DNA of 64,000 nucleotides from Spirochaetia bacterium (GTDB taxonomy: Bacteria; Spirochaetota; Spirochaetia; DSM-16054; Sediminispirochaetaceae): positions 320,001 to 384,000 of the forward strand of contig JAXHMY010000001.1 in the NCBI GenBank assembly GCA_034520965.1, in the 5' to 3' direction. This document shows positions 21,098 through 31,197 of this stretch, in pieces (position 1 is the first letter of the stretch; each line of letters opens with the position of its first letter). The notes under the pieces were generated by a model. It had not been told where the DNA came from, ran no database searches, and was given only the letters and a program-made list of their open reading frames with translations. The position numbers and the translations under genes are program-made.

Positions 21098-21655
21098 ATG
21101 AAGTATTTTGTAATACAGGTATTGACCCGGGAAGAACCAAAATACTTAACTTTAGCCCGAAATGCACTCCGGGTCGACTGTCCGGAATGGTTTGAGAACG
21201 GTCGTTTTTTATGGCCGCGGAGAAAACTAACCGTACGCAGGCGTGGCAAAACAAAGGAAGAACTGGCTCCGATATTTCCCGGCTACCTGTTTTATGAAGC
21301 AGAAGAGTTACCCACAGAGGGGTACTGGACACTAAAGCGTACCTCCGGTTTTATTCGGTTTTTGAAGAGTAATCAAAATATTGAGCCCCTGACCGGGGAT
21401 GATAAAGGCTTACTTCTGCACTTTCTGAGTTATGGAGAGATTGTAGATAAATCGACCGTCTCTTTTGATGAAAATAACCGGATAGTTGTACTTGATGGTC
21501 CGATGAAGGGGCTTGAGGGGCTCATAGTGAAGGTAAATAAACGCAAAAAACGGGCGAAGGTTAAACTTACATTATACGAACAGTCATTTTTAATTGATTT
21601 TGGATTTGAATTCCTAGAAAAGAAGAGCAAAGATGATCCGAGAAAAACAAAGTAA
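21098..21655 (+). CDS. NusG paralog, LoaP/UpxY-like transcription antiterminator
   Basis: NGN domain (YFVIQV...PRRKL...PIFPGYLF...GFIRFL) and KOW domain (DGPMKGLEG..VKVNKRKKRAKV); first gene of a sugar-biosynthesis operon. Confidence 0.85.
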   Translation: MKYFVIQVLTREEPKYLTLARNALRVDCPEWFENGRFLWPRRKLTVRRRGKTKEELAPIFPGYLFYEAEELPTEGYWTLKRTSGFIRFLKSNQNIEPLTGDDKGLLLHFLSYGEIVDKSTVSFDENNRIVVLDGPMKGLEGLIVKVNKRKKRAKVKLTLYEQSFLIDFGFEFLEKKSKDDPRKTK

Positions 21656-23111
21656 TATTTACATTATAGGTGCAGGGTTTGCCGGCCATGAAATTGCCGC
21701 CGAAATAGGTTCCAAGGGAATCCTAGGAAAGGTAGTGGCTTTTATTGACGACGATCCTGACAAAATCGGCACTTCTATAAACGGAATTCCCGTATACGGG
21801 CCGATTTCATCAATACAATCAATTTTAGCCCATACACCTGCAGATGAGGCATTAATTGCAATTCCAGCTGCCGGTAGCGAACAGCTTCGCCGTATTTACA
21901 CCATTCTCCAGAATACCAAGCTGAATCGTATTCGTATTCTTCCTAAGCTCTCACAAATCATTGACGGGGATGCGCACCTTATCCAAACCCGCGAAATTAC
22001 CGCTCAGGATCTGTTAGGCCGCAACCAAATTTCAATTTGCCTCAAGGAGAGTCTCGATTATCTGCGTGGACGCCGGGTACTGATTACCGGAGCCGGCGGC
22101 AGTATCGGCAGTGAGTTAGCTCGACAACTCTTATCCGGCGGTGCCGAACGGCTGTATCTTTTCGATCATGGCGAAAACAGTGTGTATGAGATCGAAAAAG
22201 AGCTGCGAATACTTCAGGAAGAGGGAGTAGGTGAAAAAGCAACCATAGTCCCGATCATCGGAGAGATGCAGGACCCCCATTATATGAACTTCATCATCCG
22301 ACGGCTAAAGGCGGATGTAATCTTTCATTGTGCCGCATATAAACATGTGCCCCTACTGGAGGAAAACCCGATAGATGCAATTAAAAATAACGTGTTCGGT
22401 ACAAAGAATGTGGTTGAAGCGGCCAAAGCGAACAATGTCCCAAGATTTGTTTTGGTTTCAACCGACAAGGCAGTAAACCCAACCAGCATTTATGGAGCCT
22501 CAAAAAGTTTAGCCGAGGAAATAGTACTCGGAAGCAATGGTGGATATAGCGATTTTATCGTGGTCCGCTTCGGCAATGTACTCGGATCTCGAGGGAGTAT
22601 CGTCCCATTGTTTACAAAACAGATTCTTAAGGGCGGCCCGGTTACCATTACCCACCCCGAGGCCACCCGATTCTTTATGACCATTCCTGAGGCCTCTTCA
22701 TTGGTACTGAAAGCCGGAGGGGTAGTAGAAGGCGGCAATGTATATATTCTGGATATGGGAGAACCGCTGCTGATACGGGATTTAGCCGAACAGATGATCC
22801 GTTTTTACGGATTTACCCCGGAGGTTGAAATTCCAATCCGCTATATCGGTCTGCGGCCTGGAGAAAAGGTAAATGAGCGGCTATGGTCCGAGGGAGAACA
22901 TCTGCAGAGTACCGAGCATTCTGGAATCAACAAATTGGAAAGACTCCCCCGGTTTACAGAAAATATTAACACAGTGTTAGAAGAGCTTTACCCAATTTGC
23001 TTCTTTCATCCTGATACAGCCGGAGACTATAGGAATCGACTACTCTTAAGAGAGACGCTCCAGCGCTACCTTCCCACTATTCGAAAGGCTCAAAATGAAC
23101 CCATCTACTAA
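21633..23111 (+). CDS. CapD/PglF-like nucleotide-sugar 4,6-dehydratase (no N-terminal membrane domain)
   Basis: GAGFAG, TGAGGSIGSEL, FHCAAYKHVP, STDKAVNP...YGASK, VRFGNVLGSRGS, GLRPGEK. Confidence 0.93.
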   Translation: MIREKQSNIYIIGAGFAGHEIAAEIGSKGILGKVVAFIDDDPDKIGTSINGIPVYGPISSIQSILAHTPADEALIAIPAAGSEQLRRIYTILQNTKLNRIRILPKLSQIIDGDAHLIQTREITAQDLLGRNQISICLKESLDYLRGRRVLITGAGGSIGSELARQLLSGGAERLYLFDHGENSVYEIEKELRILQEEGVGEKATIVPIIGEMQDPHYMNFIIRRLKADVIFHCAAYKHVPLLEENPIDAIKNNVFGTKNVVEAAKANNVPRFVLVSTDKAVNPTSIYGASKSLAEEIVLGSNGGYSDFIVVRFGNVLGSRGSIVPLFTKQILKGGPVTITHPEATRFFMTIPEASSLVLKAGGVVEGGNVYILDMGEPLLIRDLAEQMIRFYGFTPEVEIPIRYIGLRPGEKVNERLWSEGEHLQSTEHSGINKLERLPRFTENINTVLEELYPICFFHPDTAGDYRNRLLLRETLQRYLPTIRKAQNEPIY

Positions 23112-24288
23112 CACACCAAAGTTTATCCCCTTTGCCCGCCCCTCAATCGGACTGGAAGAAGAGCAGGCGGTCTTGCAGGTACTGCGCAGCGGCTGGCTGA
23201 CAACCGCTGGACAAGCCCAGGCTTTCGAACAGGAGTTTGCCGAACTGACCGGAGCTCAGCACGCCCTCGCGGTAAACTCCGCTACCGCCGGCTTGCATCT
23301 GGCCCTTGAAGCAGTTGGTGTGAAGGCAGGGGATAAGGTAATTACCACTCCCTACACCTTTACCGCAACCGCAGAGGTTATTCGCTATCTCCAGGCTGAT
23401 CCGTTGTTCGTTGATATCGACGAAGCAAGTCTAACCATCGACACCCGCCAGACTGCAACCGCTGCCGCACACTCTAAGGTGGCGGCATTGCTTCCGGTGC
23501 ACATGGGAGGCCATCCCAGCGATATGGATTCTCTGCTAAAGATTGCCCATGAGAACTCTATTGCTCTGGTAGAAGATGCTGCCCACGCACTTCCAGTACC
23601 TTATGGAGATTCATTCTTAGGCTGCATAGGTGATGTAGGGGTGTTTTCTTTCTACGCAACAAAAACCATTACCACCGGTGAAGGCGGGATGGTTACCACA
23701 TCAAATTCCGAGATCGCCGACCGCATCAAAGTAATGCGTCTGCACGGTATCGACCGGGAAGTGTGGAAACGCTATACCGACCGCAGTACTTCATGGAAAT
23801 ACGATGTGGTAGCAGCCGGTTACAAGTACAATCTGCCGGACGTTGCAGCCGCCATTGGACGGGTACAGCTAAAACGAGCCTATGAGTTTTTAGAAAGAAG
23901 GCGCAGTATTGCAACACGCTATTTAGAAGCCTGGGCTGAGTATGATTTTCTTCAGCTGCCGTCAGCACCGGAACAGCACGCTTGGCATTTATTCGTCTTG
24001 AGAATTCAGCCGGAAAAGCTTACCATTGATCGTGATAAGTATATTGAACTGCTTCAGAGTAAGGGTATCGGAACTTCAGTACATTATATACCCCTACATA
24101 TTATGAGTTATTACGCCAAGCGATACGGTTTCTTCCCTGAAGATTTTCCGGTTTCCATGCGTGTGTATCGCACCGCTTTTAGTGTTCCAATCTATCCCGA
24201 CTTATCTGATGCGGAAGTAGAACGCATAATTGAGGCGGTCATTTCAATTGGAACTCAATATTATCGAAGGAGCAAGAGTGCTAAATAG
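23095..24288 (+). CDS. DegT/DnrJ/EryC1/StrS PLP-dependent sugar aminotransferase
   Basis: NSATAGLHLAL, EDAAHA, FSFYATKTITTGEGGM, GYKYN. Confidence 0.95.
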   Translation: MNPSTNTPKFIPFARPSIGLEEEQAVLQVLRSGWLTTAGQAQAFEQEFAELTGAQHALAVNSATAGLHLALEAVGVKAGDKVITTPYTFTATAEVIRYLQADPLFVDIDEASLTIDTRQTATAAAHSKVAALLPVHMGGHPSDMDSLLKIAHENSIALVEDAAHALPVPYGDSFLGCIGDVGVFSFYATKTITTGEGGMVTTSNSEIADRIKVMRLHGIDREVWKRYTDRSTSWKYDVVAAGYKYNLPDVAAAIGRVQLKRAYEFLERRRSIATRYLEAWAEYDFLQLPSAPEQHAWHLFVLRIQPEKLTIDRDKYIELLQSKGIGTSVHYIPLHIMSYYAKRYGFFPEDFPVSMRVYRTAFSVPIYPDLSDAEVERIIEAVISIGTQYYRRSKSAK

Positions 24289-26344
24289 CCAGCGCTTTAT
24301 AGATGAGTTCACCAGCCGCGAAATGCTGCATCTGAAGATCGTACGTTCAGATATTCCACGGGGCAGGGTCTCTTCAATAGAAAGTACCGACTTACCGGAG
24401 GATATCCTCATCTTTGAGGCTAATGATATTGAGGGACTTAACCGGGTTGCGGTATTGGAAGAGGAGATGCCTCTGCTGAGTAACGGTAATATCGCCTATG
24501 AGGGCGAGCCGATTCTGCTTATCGCGGCCAAGGACCCGGCCTCGCTTGCTTTAGCCGAGCGACGGCTAAAAATTTCTTATGAAACTGATTTCTCTCTGCT
24601 TGCCTTTGAGCCCGCCTCTAAAGATCAAACCGTCGATACTGTTCGTTTGTCTCGGGGTAATCCTGCAAAGGAGTTTGAAGAAACAACCCAAATTGTGGAA
24701 GCTGAATATCGCACCTCAATCGAAAGCCATGTAAGTCGAGCCCCAAGCGGTGCATATGTAGAATTAAAAAATGGCCGTTTTACAGTGTATACAGCAACTC
24801 ACTGGCCTTTTCATGTACGCGCTACAATTGCAGAGGTGCTTGGTATTGATGAGAGTGAGATAAAAGTTGTGCAGACCAACCCCAGCCCTGCGTATGGAGA
24901 AAAGGTGGTATTTCCCTCTATCCTAGCCGCAATGGCCGCTCTAGTGTGTCAAAATACCGGAAAGCCGGCCCGTCTGATCTTATCTCCCAAAGAGGCTGAG
25001 AAATTTACCACCCGCAAGGCCCCGGTACATGTAAAAAGCACCTCAATTCTGAATGAAGCCGGTAGAATAATTGCCCACGATACACATATGCGCTTTGATG
25101 TAGGAGCATACCCACTTTTTACAAAAGAGCTGCTGCAGCGGGCGGTTATTACTTCGGGCAGTTACTACCAGGTGCCGAATGTCTCAATTACCGCAGAAGC
25201 AATTCAGACATCCGCCCCGCCAATGAATATCTATCGAGGGCTGGGTGTCTCGCAGAGTTTGTTCGCCACAGAGGTCCATTTCTCCCGTTTAGCAGAATTC
25301 TCTCAGCTCAACCCCGGTGACTGGAAAAAAAACCATACCAAGAGTAAACACATCATAACCGGTGCGCACCTTCCAAATATGCCCTTAGAAAAACTTGTAG
25401 ACACAGTTGTTGAACAGTCGGACTTTTACCGTAAACATTCAGCCTACGAACAGATCCGCAAGCGTCGTAACTCTGTCAAAGCTTCCCGTCGGTTTCTACG
25501 TGGCATCGGTATAGCTACCGGCTTCACCGGAAACGGATTCACTGATAAGCCCAGTACAGATAAGAACTGGGGTATTAACGCTACCCTTGATAAAAAGGAC
25601 CAGCTTACCATTGAGTGCGGAACCATGACCATTCCGGAAGCTATAAAAACCATCTGGAAACGTCGGGCCGGAGAAATTTTGGGAATCTCACCTGATTCAG
25701 TAAAAATATCCTCCGGCGACACCGACAATTTACCGGATTCCGGGCCGATGATGTTAGGTATGCCGGTTACTGTGTATACCAGTCTAGTTGACCGCTGCTG
25801 TAATTATATCCGCAAGCAGCGTTTTAATAAGCCGTTACCAATTGAAGTACGACGCAACATCCTGTCCGCTAGGCGGAGCACCTGGGACCCCTCCAATTTC
25901 ACCGGTGTACCCTTTCATAGTTTTTCCTGGGGTGCGGTGGTTGTAGAAGTACAACTTGACCCTCTGACCCTTGTACCGGAAGTACGAGGTGTGTGGGCTG
26001 CCTTCGATTGCGGACTTGTGTATAACACCCAATATGCAGTATCGATTGCAGAGGGAGGAATTTACGAGGCACTGGCCTGGACTATGGGAGAACAAAGGGT
26101 AAATCCCCGCTACTACCAAGATTACGTGATTGAGGGACAAGAAACCCCAAACCTTCGGCTGCCGCCGGTGTCGGTGGTGTTTGCAAATCGAGCTAAGGGA
26201 CTCCCCGGGGGAATAAATGAAATTGCTGAGTCATTAGTGCCGGCAGCCTTCGTAACAGCTTTAAGCCAAGCCACCGGTGTCTATTTTGACCGCATACCCC
26301 TTAACGCAGAAACAATTCAGAGTTATCTGGAGGAGCCCTCATGA
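24278..26344 (+). CDS. Xanthine dehydrogenase-family large (molybdopterin-binding) subunit, divergent
   Basis: IVRS.IPRGRV, YEGEPI, TGKPARL, DVGAY, YRGLG, EVQLDP.T, DCG..YN..EGG architecture; GTG start after GGAG. Confidence 0.8.
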   Translation: MLNSQRFIDEFTSREMLHLKIVRSDIPRGRVSSIESTDLPEDILIFEANDIEGLNRVAVLEEEMPLLSNGNIAYEGEPILLIAAKDPASLALAERRLKISYETDFSLLAFEPASKDQTVDTVRLSRGNPAKEFEETTQIVEAEYRTSIESHVSRAPSGAYVELKNGRFTVYTATHWPFHVRATIAEVLGIDESEIKVVQTNPSPAYGEKVVFPSILAAMAALVCQNTGKPARLILSPKEAEKFTTRKAPVHVKSTSILNEAGRIIAHDTHMRFDVGAYPLFTKELLQRAVITSGSYYQVPNVSITAEAIQTSAPPMNIYRGLGVSQSLFATEVHFSRLAEFSQLNPGDWKKNHTKSKHIITGAHLPNMPLEKLVDTVVEQSDFYRKHSAYEQIRKRRNSVKASRRFLRGIGIATGFTGNGFTDKPSTDKNWGINATLDKKDQLTIECGTMTIPEAIKTIWKRRAGEILGISPDSVKISSGDTDNLPDSGPMMLGMPVTVYTSLVDRCCNYIRKQRFNKPLPIEVRRNILSARRSTWDPSNFTGVPFHSFSWGAVVVEVQLDPLTLVPEVRGVWAAFDCGLVYNTQYAVSIAEGGIYEALAWTMGEQRVNPRYYQDYVIEGQETPNLRLPPVSVVFANRAKGLPGGINEIAESLVPAAFVTALSQATGVYFDRIPLNAETIQSYLEEPS

Positions 26345-26820
26345 AAGTCAGTTTCACCCTGAATGGAAGAACTATTGATGCCGTAACCTCCACCTCGACC
26401 CGTTTAGTCGACTTCCTTCGCAAAGAGTTAGGACTTCAAAGCCTTCATCCCTCCTGCTACGACGGGCAGTGCGGCAATTGTGCAATACTCTTGGATGGGG
26501 AGATGGTCTACTCTTGTCTGCTGCCGGGCTTTGCAGTACAGGGAAGGTCGATAATCACCTATGAGGGGATCATCGACACCCTGGACTATAACGATATCAT
26601 TTCCGGTTTTCATGATGAGCAGACTTATCCCTGCACCTACTGTCTCCCGGCTAAAGTAGTTATTACTCAATCAATACTAGAGAGTACCCTCGATCCCAGC
26701 CAGCAGGAAGTATTGGAAGCCTTCTCAGGCACCTATTGTCCCTGCACCAATTTTAATAACTTGGCTCGCGGAGTTGTCCGAGCAGGCGAATATCGTCGGA
26801 GGCGTCTCCATGAGCGATAG
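26341..26820 (+). CDS. Xanthine dehydrogenase-family 2Fe-2S subunit
   Basis: C-x4-C-x2-C...SC first cluster and CTYC...CPC second cluster. Confidence 0.88.
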   Translation: MKVSFTLNGRTIDAVTSTSTRLVDFLRKELGLQSLHPSCYDGQCGNCAILLDGEMVYSCLLPGFAVQGRSIITYEGIIDTLDYNDIISGFHDEQTYPCTYCLPAKVVITQSILESTLDPSQQEVLEAFSGTYCPCTNFNNLARGVVRAGEYRRRRLHER

Positions 26821-27679
26821 TAAGGTGTTTCAACCGACATCGATCAATGAACTGCTGCGGACCTATCAGGAGTATCCCAAGGCATTGATATTGGCGGGGT
26901 CCACTGCAATTGCCCGGGAACAGAAGGGTGATGGTCCTTTTGAGCTGCCGGATATGGTACTGCATATTAGTAGAATCCCGGAGCTCCAGCGTATAAGCCG
27001 TACAGAGCGCTATTTTGAAATAGGCTCATGTGTACCTATCAGCCGAATATTAAAGGTTGGGCAGCATGTTTTGCCGAAAGTGTTTACCCACGCCCTCCAC
27101 AATATTGCTCATCCTGCGGTTCGCAATATGGGTACTCTCGGCGGTAATTTGGGTCATCAACCGCGTCGACTCAACACCTTTGGTCCGTTAACGATTTTAG
27201 ATGCACGAGTAGAGCTGCGTAAGTCCGGCAGTAGCCGCTGGGTACAAGTTCCGCGCTTATTTACTAAAGCCGGAGAACCGGCCCTGGAAACAGGTGAGTT
27301 TATCAGCCGTATTCGAATTCCCTTTGTCGATTGGAACCTCCAGTTTTACCAGCGGATTGGCGATCCCTTTACAAAGCCAAAATCCTCTCTCACCTTTAGT
27401 GCTCTTACCGCTGTAGAAAAAGCAGAGATAACCGATTTTCGGGTTGCATTTACCTTCCTTGGCAGGTCAGTACTTCGCGACCGTGAGCTGGAAACTCTCA
27501 TTAGCGGCAAAAAGGTTCCCCTGAGTGAAAAAATCAGGTCTGAAGCCCGAAGTCTTTTCCGCAGCTCTTTAATGGATCTACCGGGGGAAGTGACTCTTTT
27601 TCAAAAACAGCGGGCTCTAAGGCTATTACAGTGGTACCTCAGCGCTCTGCATGAACCAACCTCGGAGTTATTCTATTAA
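26810..27679 (+). CDS. Xanthine dehydrogenase-family FAD-binding subunit
   Basis: LAGST, IPELQRI, IAHPAVRNMGTLGGNL. Confidence 0.85.
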   Translation: MSDSKVFQPTSINELLRTYQEYPKALILAGSTAIAREQKGDGPFELPDMVLHISRIPELQRISRTERYFEIGSCVPISRILKVGQHVLPKVFTHALHNIAHPAVRNMGTLGGNLGHQPRRLNTFGPLTILDARVELRKSGSSRWVQVPRLFTKAGEPALETGEFISRIRIPFVDWNLQFYQRIGDPFTKPKSSLTFSALTAVEKAEITDFRVAFTFLGRSVLRDRELETLISGKKVPLSEKIRSEARSLFRSSLMDLPGEVTLFQKQRALRLLQWYLSALHEPTSELFY

Positions 27680-27730
27680 GGCTTTACAGGGAACTTAAGC
27701 TTTCGGTATATTTTGAACAAGGAGTCTTTC

Positions 27731-30700
27731 ATGCCCAATTTTGTCCATCTACATAACCACACCGACTACTCACTTCTGGACGGAGCCGCCAACATCGATA
27801 GGATGGTAAAAACTGCAGCCGATTTGGGTATGCAGCAATTGGCGATAACCGACCATGGCAACATGTTTGGTGTTTTAAAATTCTACAAAACCTGTAAAGC
27901 CTATGGCATCAAGCCGATAATTGGCTGCGAATTTTACATTGCCCCCGGATCACGGTACGATAAGAAGGGATCCGAGCAAAAGAACAAATATTTCCACCTG
28001 CTGGTAATTGCTCGAAACAAAGAGGGGTATAAAAACCTGATGCGGCTCTCAAGCCGTGCCTATACCGAAGGTTTTTACTATAAGCCGCGAATTGATAACG
28101 AGCTGCTGGAGACCTACTCTGAAGGACTCATCGGTGCCAGTGCCTGTCTGGCCGGGGAAATACCCCAACTCATTCTACAAGGGAACTACGAATCGGCAAT
28201 TGAAAAGGCTCATTACTATCAGGGCATATTTGGGGAAGGTAATTTTTATCTCGAACTACAGGATCACGGTATTCCAGAGCAAAAAGAGGTAAACCAGGAG
28301 CTTATCCGCATGTCCGAGGAAATCGGATTGCCCCTGATTGCCACCAACGACATCCACTATATTAAGCGTGAGGACGCCAACGCCCAGGATATACTCATTT
28401 GTATCGGCACCAACAAAAAGAAAGACCAAAGCGACCGTCTCAAGTTTGACTCGGATCAATTTTATCTGAAGAGCGAAGAAGAAATGAGCAGCTTGTTCAG
28501 CCACATACCGAAGGCGCTCGACAACACTGCTGCATTGGCCGATAAGTGTGACCTGGAAATTCCCCTGCCCGGCCCAATTCTTCCCCATTATGAGATACCC
28601 CCGGAGTTTGACACTCTCGAGGAGTACCTGCACCACATTACTCTGGAAGGTTTAAAGGAGCGTTACGGTGCGGTTACGGAGGAGCTGAGACTGCGGGCCG
28701 AGCATGAACTCGGCATCATTAACTCAATGGGTTTCCCCGGGTACTTTCTGATTGTCTGGGATTTTATCGATTTTGCACGTAGAAAGGACATACCCGTAGG
28801 TCCGGGACGTGGTTCCGGTGCCGGTTCGATAGTTGCATATGCACTCGGTATCACCAACATAGAACCTCTCAAATATAATCTCCTGTTCGAGCGCTTTCTC
28901 AACCCGGAAAGGGTTTCAATGCCTGACTTCGATATAGACTTCTGCTTTGAACGCCGGGGAGAAGTAATCGACTACGTCACTGAAAAATACGGGAAGGACA
29001 AGGTAGGTCAAATTATCACCTTTGGAACCCTAAAGGCAAAAGCGGTACTGCGGGATGTAGCCCGGGTGCTTGATATTCCTTTAGCGGAAACCAACCGGAT
29101 AGCCAAACTGGTACCCGGAGATCTGGGAATCACCATCGACAAAGCTCTCGAGGCCGAACCACGCCTCAAAGAAGTGGAGGAGCAGGGAGGTGCATACACA
29201 GAGCTCATACAGACCGCCCGAACCTTGGAGGGCCTCTCACGCCACGCCTCAACCCATGCTGCCGGAGTTGTAATCGGCCGTGAACCGCTCACCGAATACG
29301 TTCCCCTGTATGTTGAACCGCGTACCGGTGCAATTTCCACCCAGTATACTATGGATCAGCTTGAAGAGTGCGGCCTGGTAAAGATGGACTTTTTAGGACT
29401 GAAAACCCTCACTCTCATCAGAAATACCGAAAAGCTGATCCGCAGGCGTGGTATCGACTTTGATATCGAGAAAGTTCCCGAAACCGACAAAGCTACCTTT
29501 GACTTGTTAGGAGAAGGAAAAAGCACCAGTATTTTCCAGTTTGAAAGCAGCGGTATGCAGAATATCCTGCGTCAGGCAAAGCCGGAGACAATTGAAGACC
29601 TAATTGCATTAAACGCTCTGTACCGCCCAGGACCTATGCAGTATATTCCCCAGTTTGTGGCCAGTAAAAACGGGCAGCAGGCAATTCAGTATCCCGATAA
29701 GAGTCTTGAAGAAATCCTGAAACCGACCTACGGAGTTATCGTATACCAGGAGCAGGTAATGCAGGTAGCGCAAATTATCGGCGGCTTCTCCCTTGGAAAA
29801 GCAGATATTCTGCGGCGGGCAATGGGAAAGAAGAAACTTAAAGAGATGGAGAAGTTAAAGGTCGACTTCATCAACGGAGCGATTGAAAAGGGTCATAGTA
29901 AACAGCATGCAGAAGATATCTTTGAGATGTTAATACCCTTTTCACAGTACGGTTTCAACAAAAGTCATGCCGCAGCGTATTCGGTAATTGCCTACCATAC
30001 CGCGTATCTGAAGGCAAATTACCCGGCTGAGTTTATGGCCGCTAACCTCACCAACGAAATTAACAATCCTGATAAACTGTCCGTCTACATTACAGAAACC
30101 GCTGCAATGGGAATAGAAATTTTGCCGCCCGATATTAATTTATCTGACCACAATTTCTCCGTGAGCGACGGACGGGTTGTGTACGGCTTGGTAGGAATCA
30201 AAAATGTAGGCAAAGGTGCGGTTGAGGAGATACTCCGGGCCCGGAAAGCAGAGGGCCTTTACGAGAACTTTATCGATTTTCTCGGCAAGGTAGACCTGCG
30301 GGCGGTCAACCGCAAGGTAATTGAAACACTTATCCAATGCGGGGCCTTCGACAGCCTTGGTCATGCGCGGGCAACTCTGATGGAGAATCTGGACCAAGCC
30401 CTCGAATTTATTCAAAAGAAAAAAGAGCGGGAGCAGTTTGGGCAGACCTCTTTGTTCGAGGGTGCACAGCAGGAGGAGATGGAGCGCTTTGATTTTGAAG
30501 AGTTCGATGAATGGCCGACTCAGGAGCGGCTGCAGCAGGAAAAAGCACTGCTTGGTTTCTATGTTTCAGGACATCCCCTCGACACTTATAGAGAAACCTG
30601 GAAGAGAACAGTAAACATCAACCTCGGCCGTCCGGATCACTTTGTAGCGAACGCCAAATACTCGCTGCTGGGAATTGTCACTAGTGTCCGCTCTATTTTT

Positions 30701-31153
30701 ACCAAAAAGGGCAGGCCCATGGCATTTCTACAGATAGAAGATTACAACGGGACCATTGAGTTAGTGGTTTTCTCCGATCAATGGGAAGAGCACCGGGATG
30801 TGATTGAAGTCGACAGTATTTTAGCCTGCTCAGGACGGCTTGACCTCAGCCGGGGCGATCCAAAGTTTATCGTGGAAACTATTCTGCAGCCGAAAGATCT
30901 CAAGGAGTCTGAAACCAGGGAAATTCACATTCGCCTCGAACGAAATACGATCTCCGAGGAAGGGTTATACAATCTTCGCTCGTATCTTTTTGATCATAAA
31001 GGCACATGCCCCCTTTTCCTCCATCTGAACAATACAAACGGACAGCAGGAAACGATAATTAAAGCCTCCAGCCAAATAACCCTCTCTTCTGCACGAAATG
31101 TATTGGAAGAGTTGGGCAGGTATCCTACAATAGAAGATATCTGGACCGCCTAA
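27731..31153 (+). CDS. dnaE: DNA polymerase III alpha subunit
   Basis: HLHNHTDYSLLDG PHP domain, GPGRGSGAGS, MPDFDIDF, YGFNKSHAAAY; no intein-sized insertion. Confidence 0.98.
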   Translation: MPNFVHLHNHTDYSLLDGAANIDRMVKTAADLGMQQLAITDHGNMFGVLKFYKTCKAYGIKPIIGCEFYIAPGSRYDKKGSEQKNKYFHLLVIARNKEGYKNLMRLSSRAYTEGFYYKPRIDNELLETYSEGLIGASACLAGEIPQLILQGNYESAIEKAHYYQGIFGEGNFYLELQDHGIPEQKEVNQELIRMSEEIGLPLIATNDIHYIKREDANAQDILICIGTNKKKDQSDRLKFDSDQFYLKSEEEMSSLFSHIPKALDNTAALADKCDLEIPLPGPILPHYEIPPEFDTLEEYLHHITLEGLKERYGAVTEELRLRAEHELGIINSMGFPGYFLIVWDFIDFARRKDIPVGPGRGSGAGSIVAYALGITNIEPLKYNLLFERFLNPERVSMPDFDIDFCFERRGEVIDYVTEKYGKDKVGQIITFGTLKAKAVLRDVARVLDIPLAETNRIAKLVPGDLGITIDKALEAEPRLKEVEEQGGAYTELIQTARTLEGLSRHASTHAAGVVIGREPLTEYVPLYVEPRTGAISTQYTMDQLEECGLVKMDFLGLKTLTLIRNTEKLIRRRGIDFDIEKVPETDKATFDLLGEGKSTSIFQFESSGMQNILRQAKPETIEDLIALNALYRPGPMQYIPQFVASKNGQQAIQYPDKSLEEILKPTYGVIVYQEQVMQVAQIIGGFSLGKADILRRAMGKKKLKEMEKLKVDFINGAIEKGHSKQHAEDIFEMLIPFSQYGFNKSHAAAYSVIAYHTAYLKANYPAEFMAANLTNEINNPDKLSVYITETAAMGIEILPPDINLSDHNFSVSDGRVVYGLVGIKNVGKGAVEEILRARKAEGLYENFIDFLGKVDLRAVNRKVIETLIQCGAFDSLGHARATLMENLDQALEFIQKKKEREQFGQTSLFEGAQQEEMERFDFEEFDEWPTQERLQQEKALLGFYVSGHPLDTYRETWKRTVNINLGRPDHFVANAKYSLLGIVTSVRSIFTKKGRPMAFLQIEDYNGTIELVVFSDQWEEHRDVIEVDSILACSGRLDLSRGDPKFIVETILQPKDLKESETREIHIRLERNTISEEGLYNLRSYLFDHKGTCPLFLHLNNTNGQQETIIKASSQITLSSARNVLEELGRYPTIEDIWTA

Positions 31154-31197
31154 TTCCTGAGGGTCCCTAGTCCAACAGACACAAGGAAGGAAACATT

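Noticed and set aside
21866..21882. GCCGGTAGCG as an ops-like element for the NusG paralog
   Set aside because: Imperfect match lying inside the capD coding region, explained by the Ala-Gly-Ser codons.
27731..31153. Intein in dnaE
   Set aside because: Length (~1140 aa) and continuous motifs fit an uninterrupted alpha subunit.
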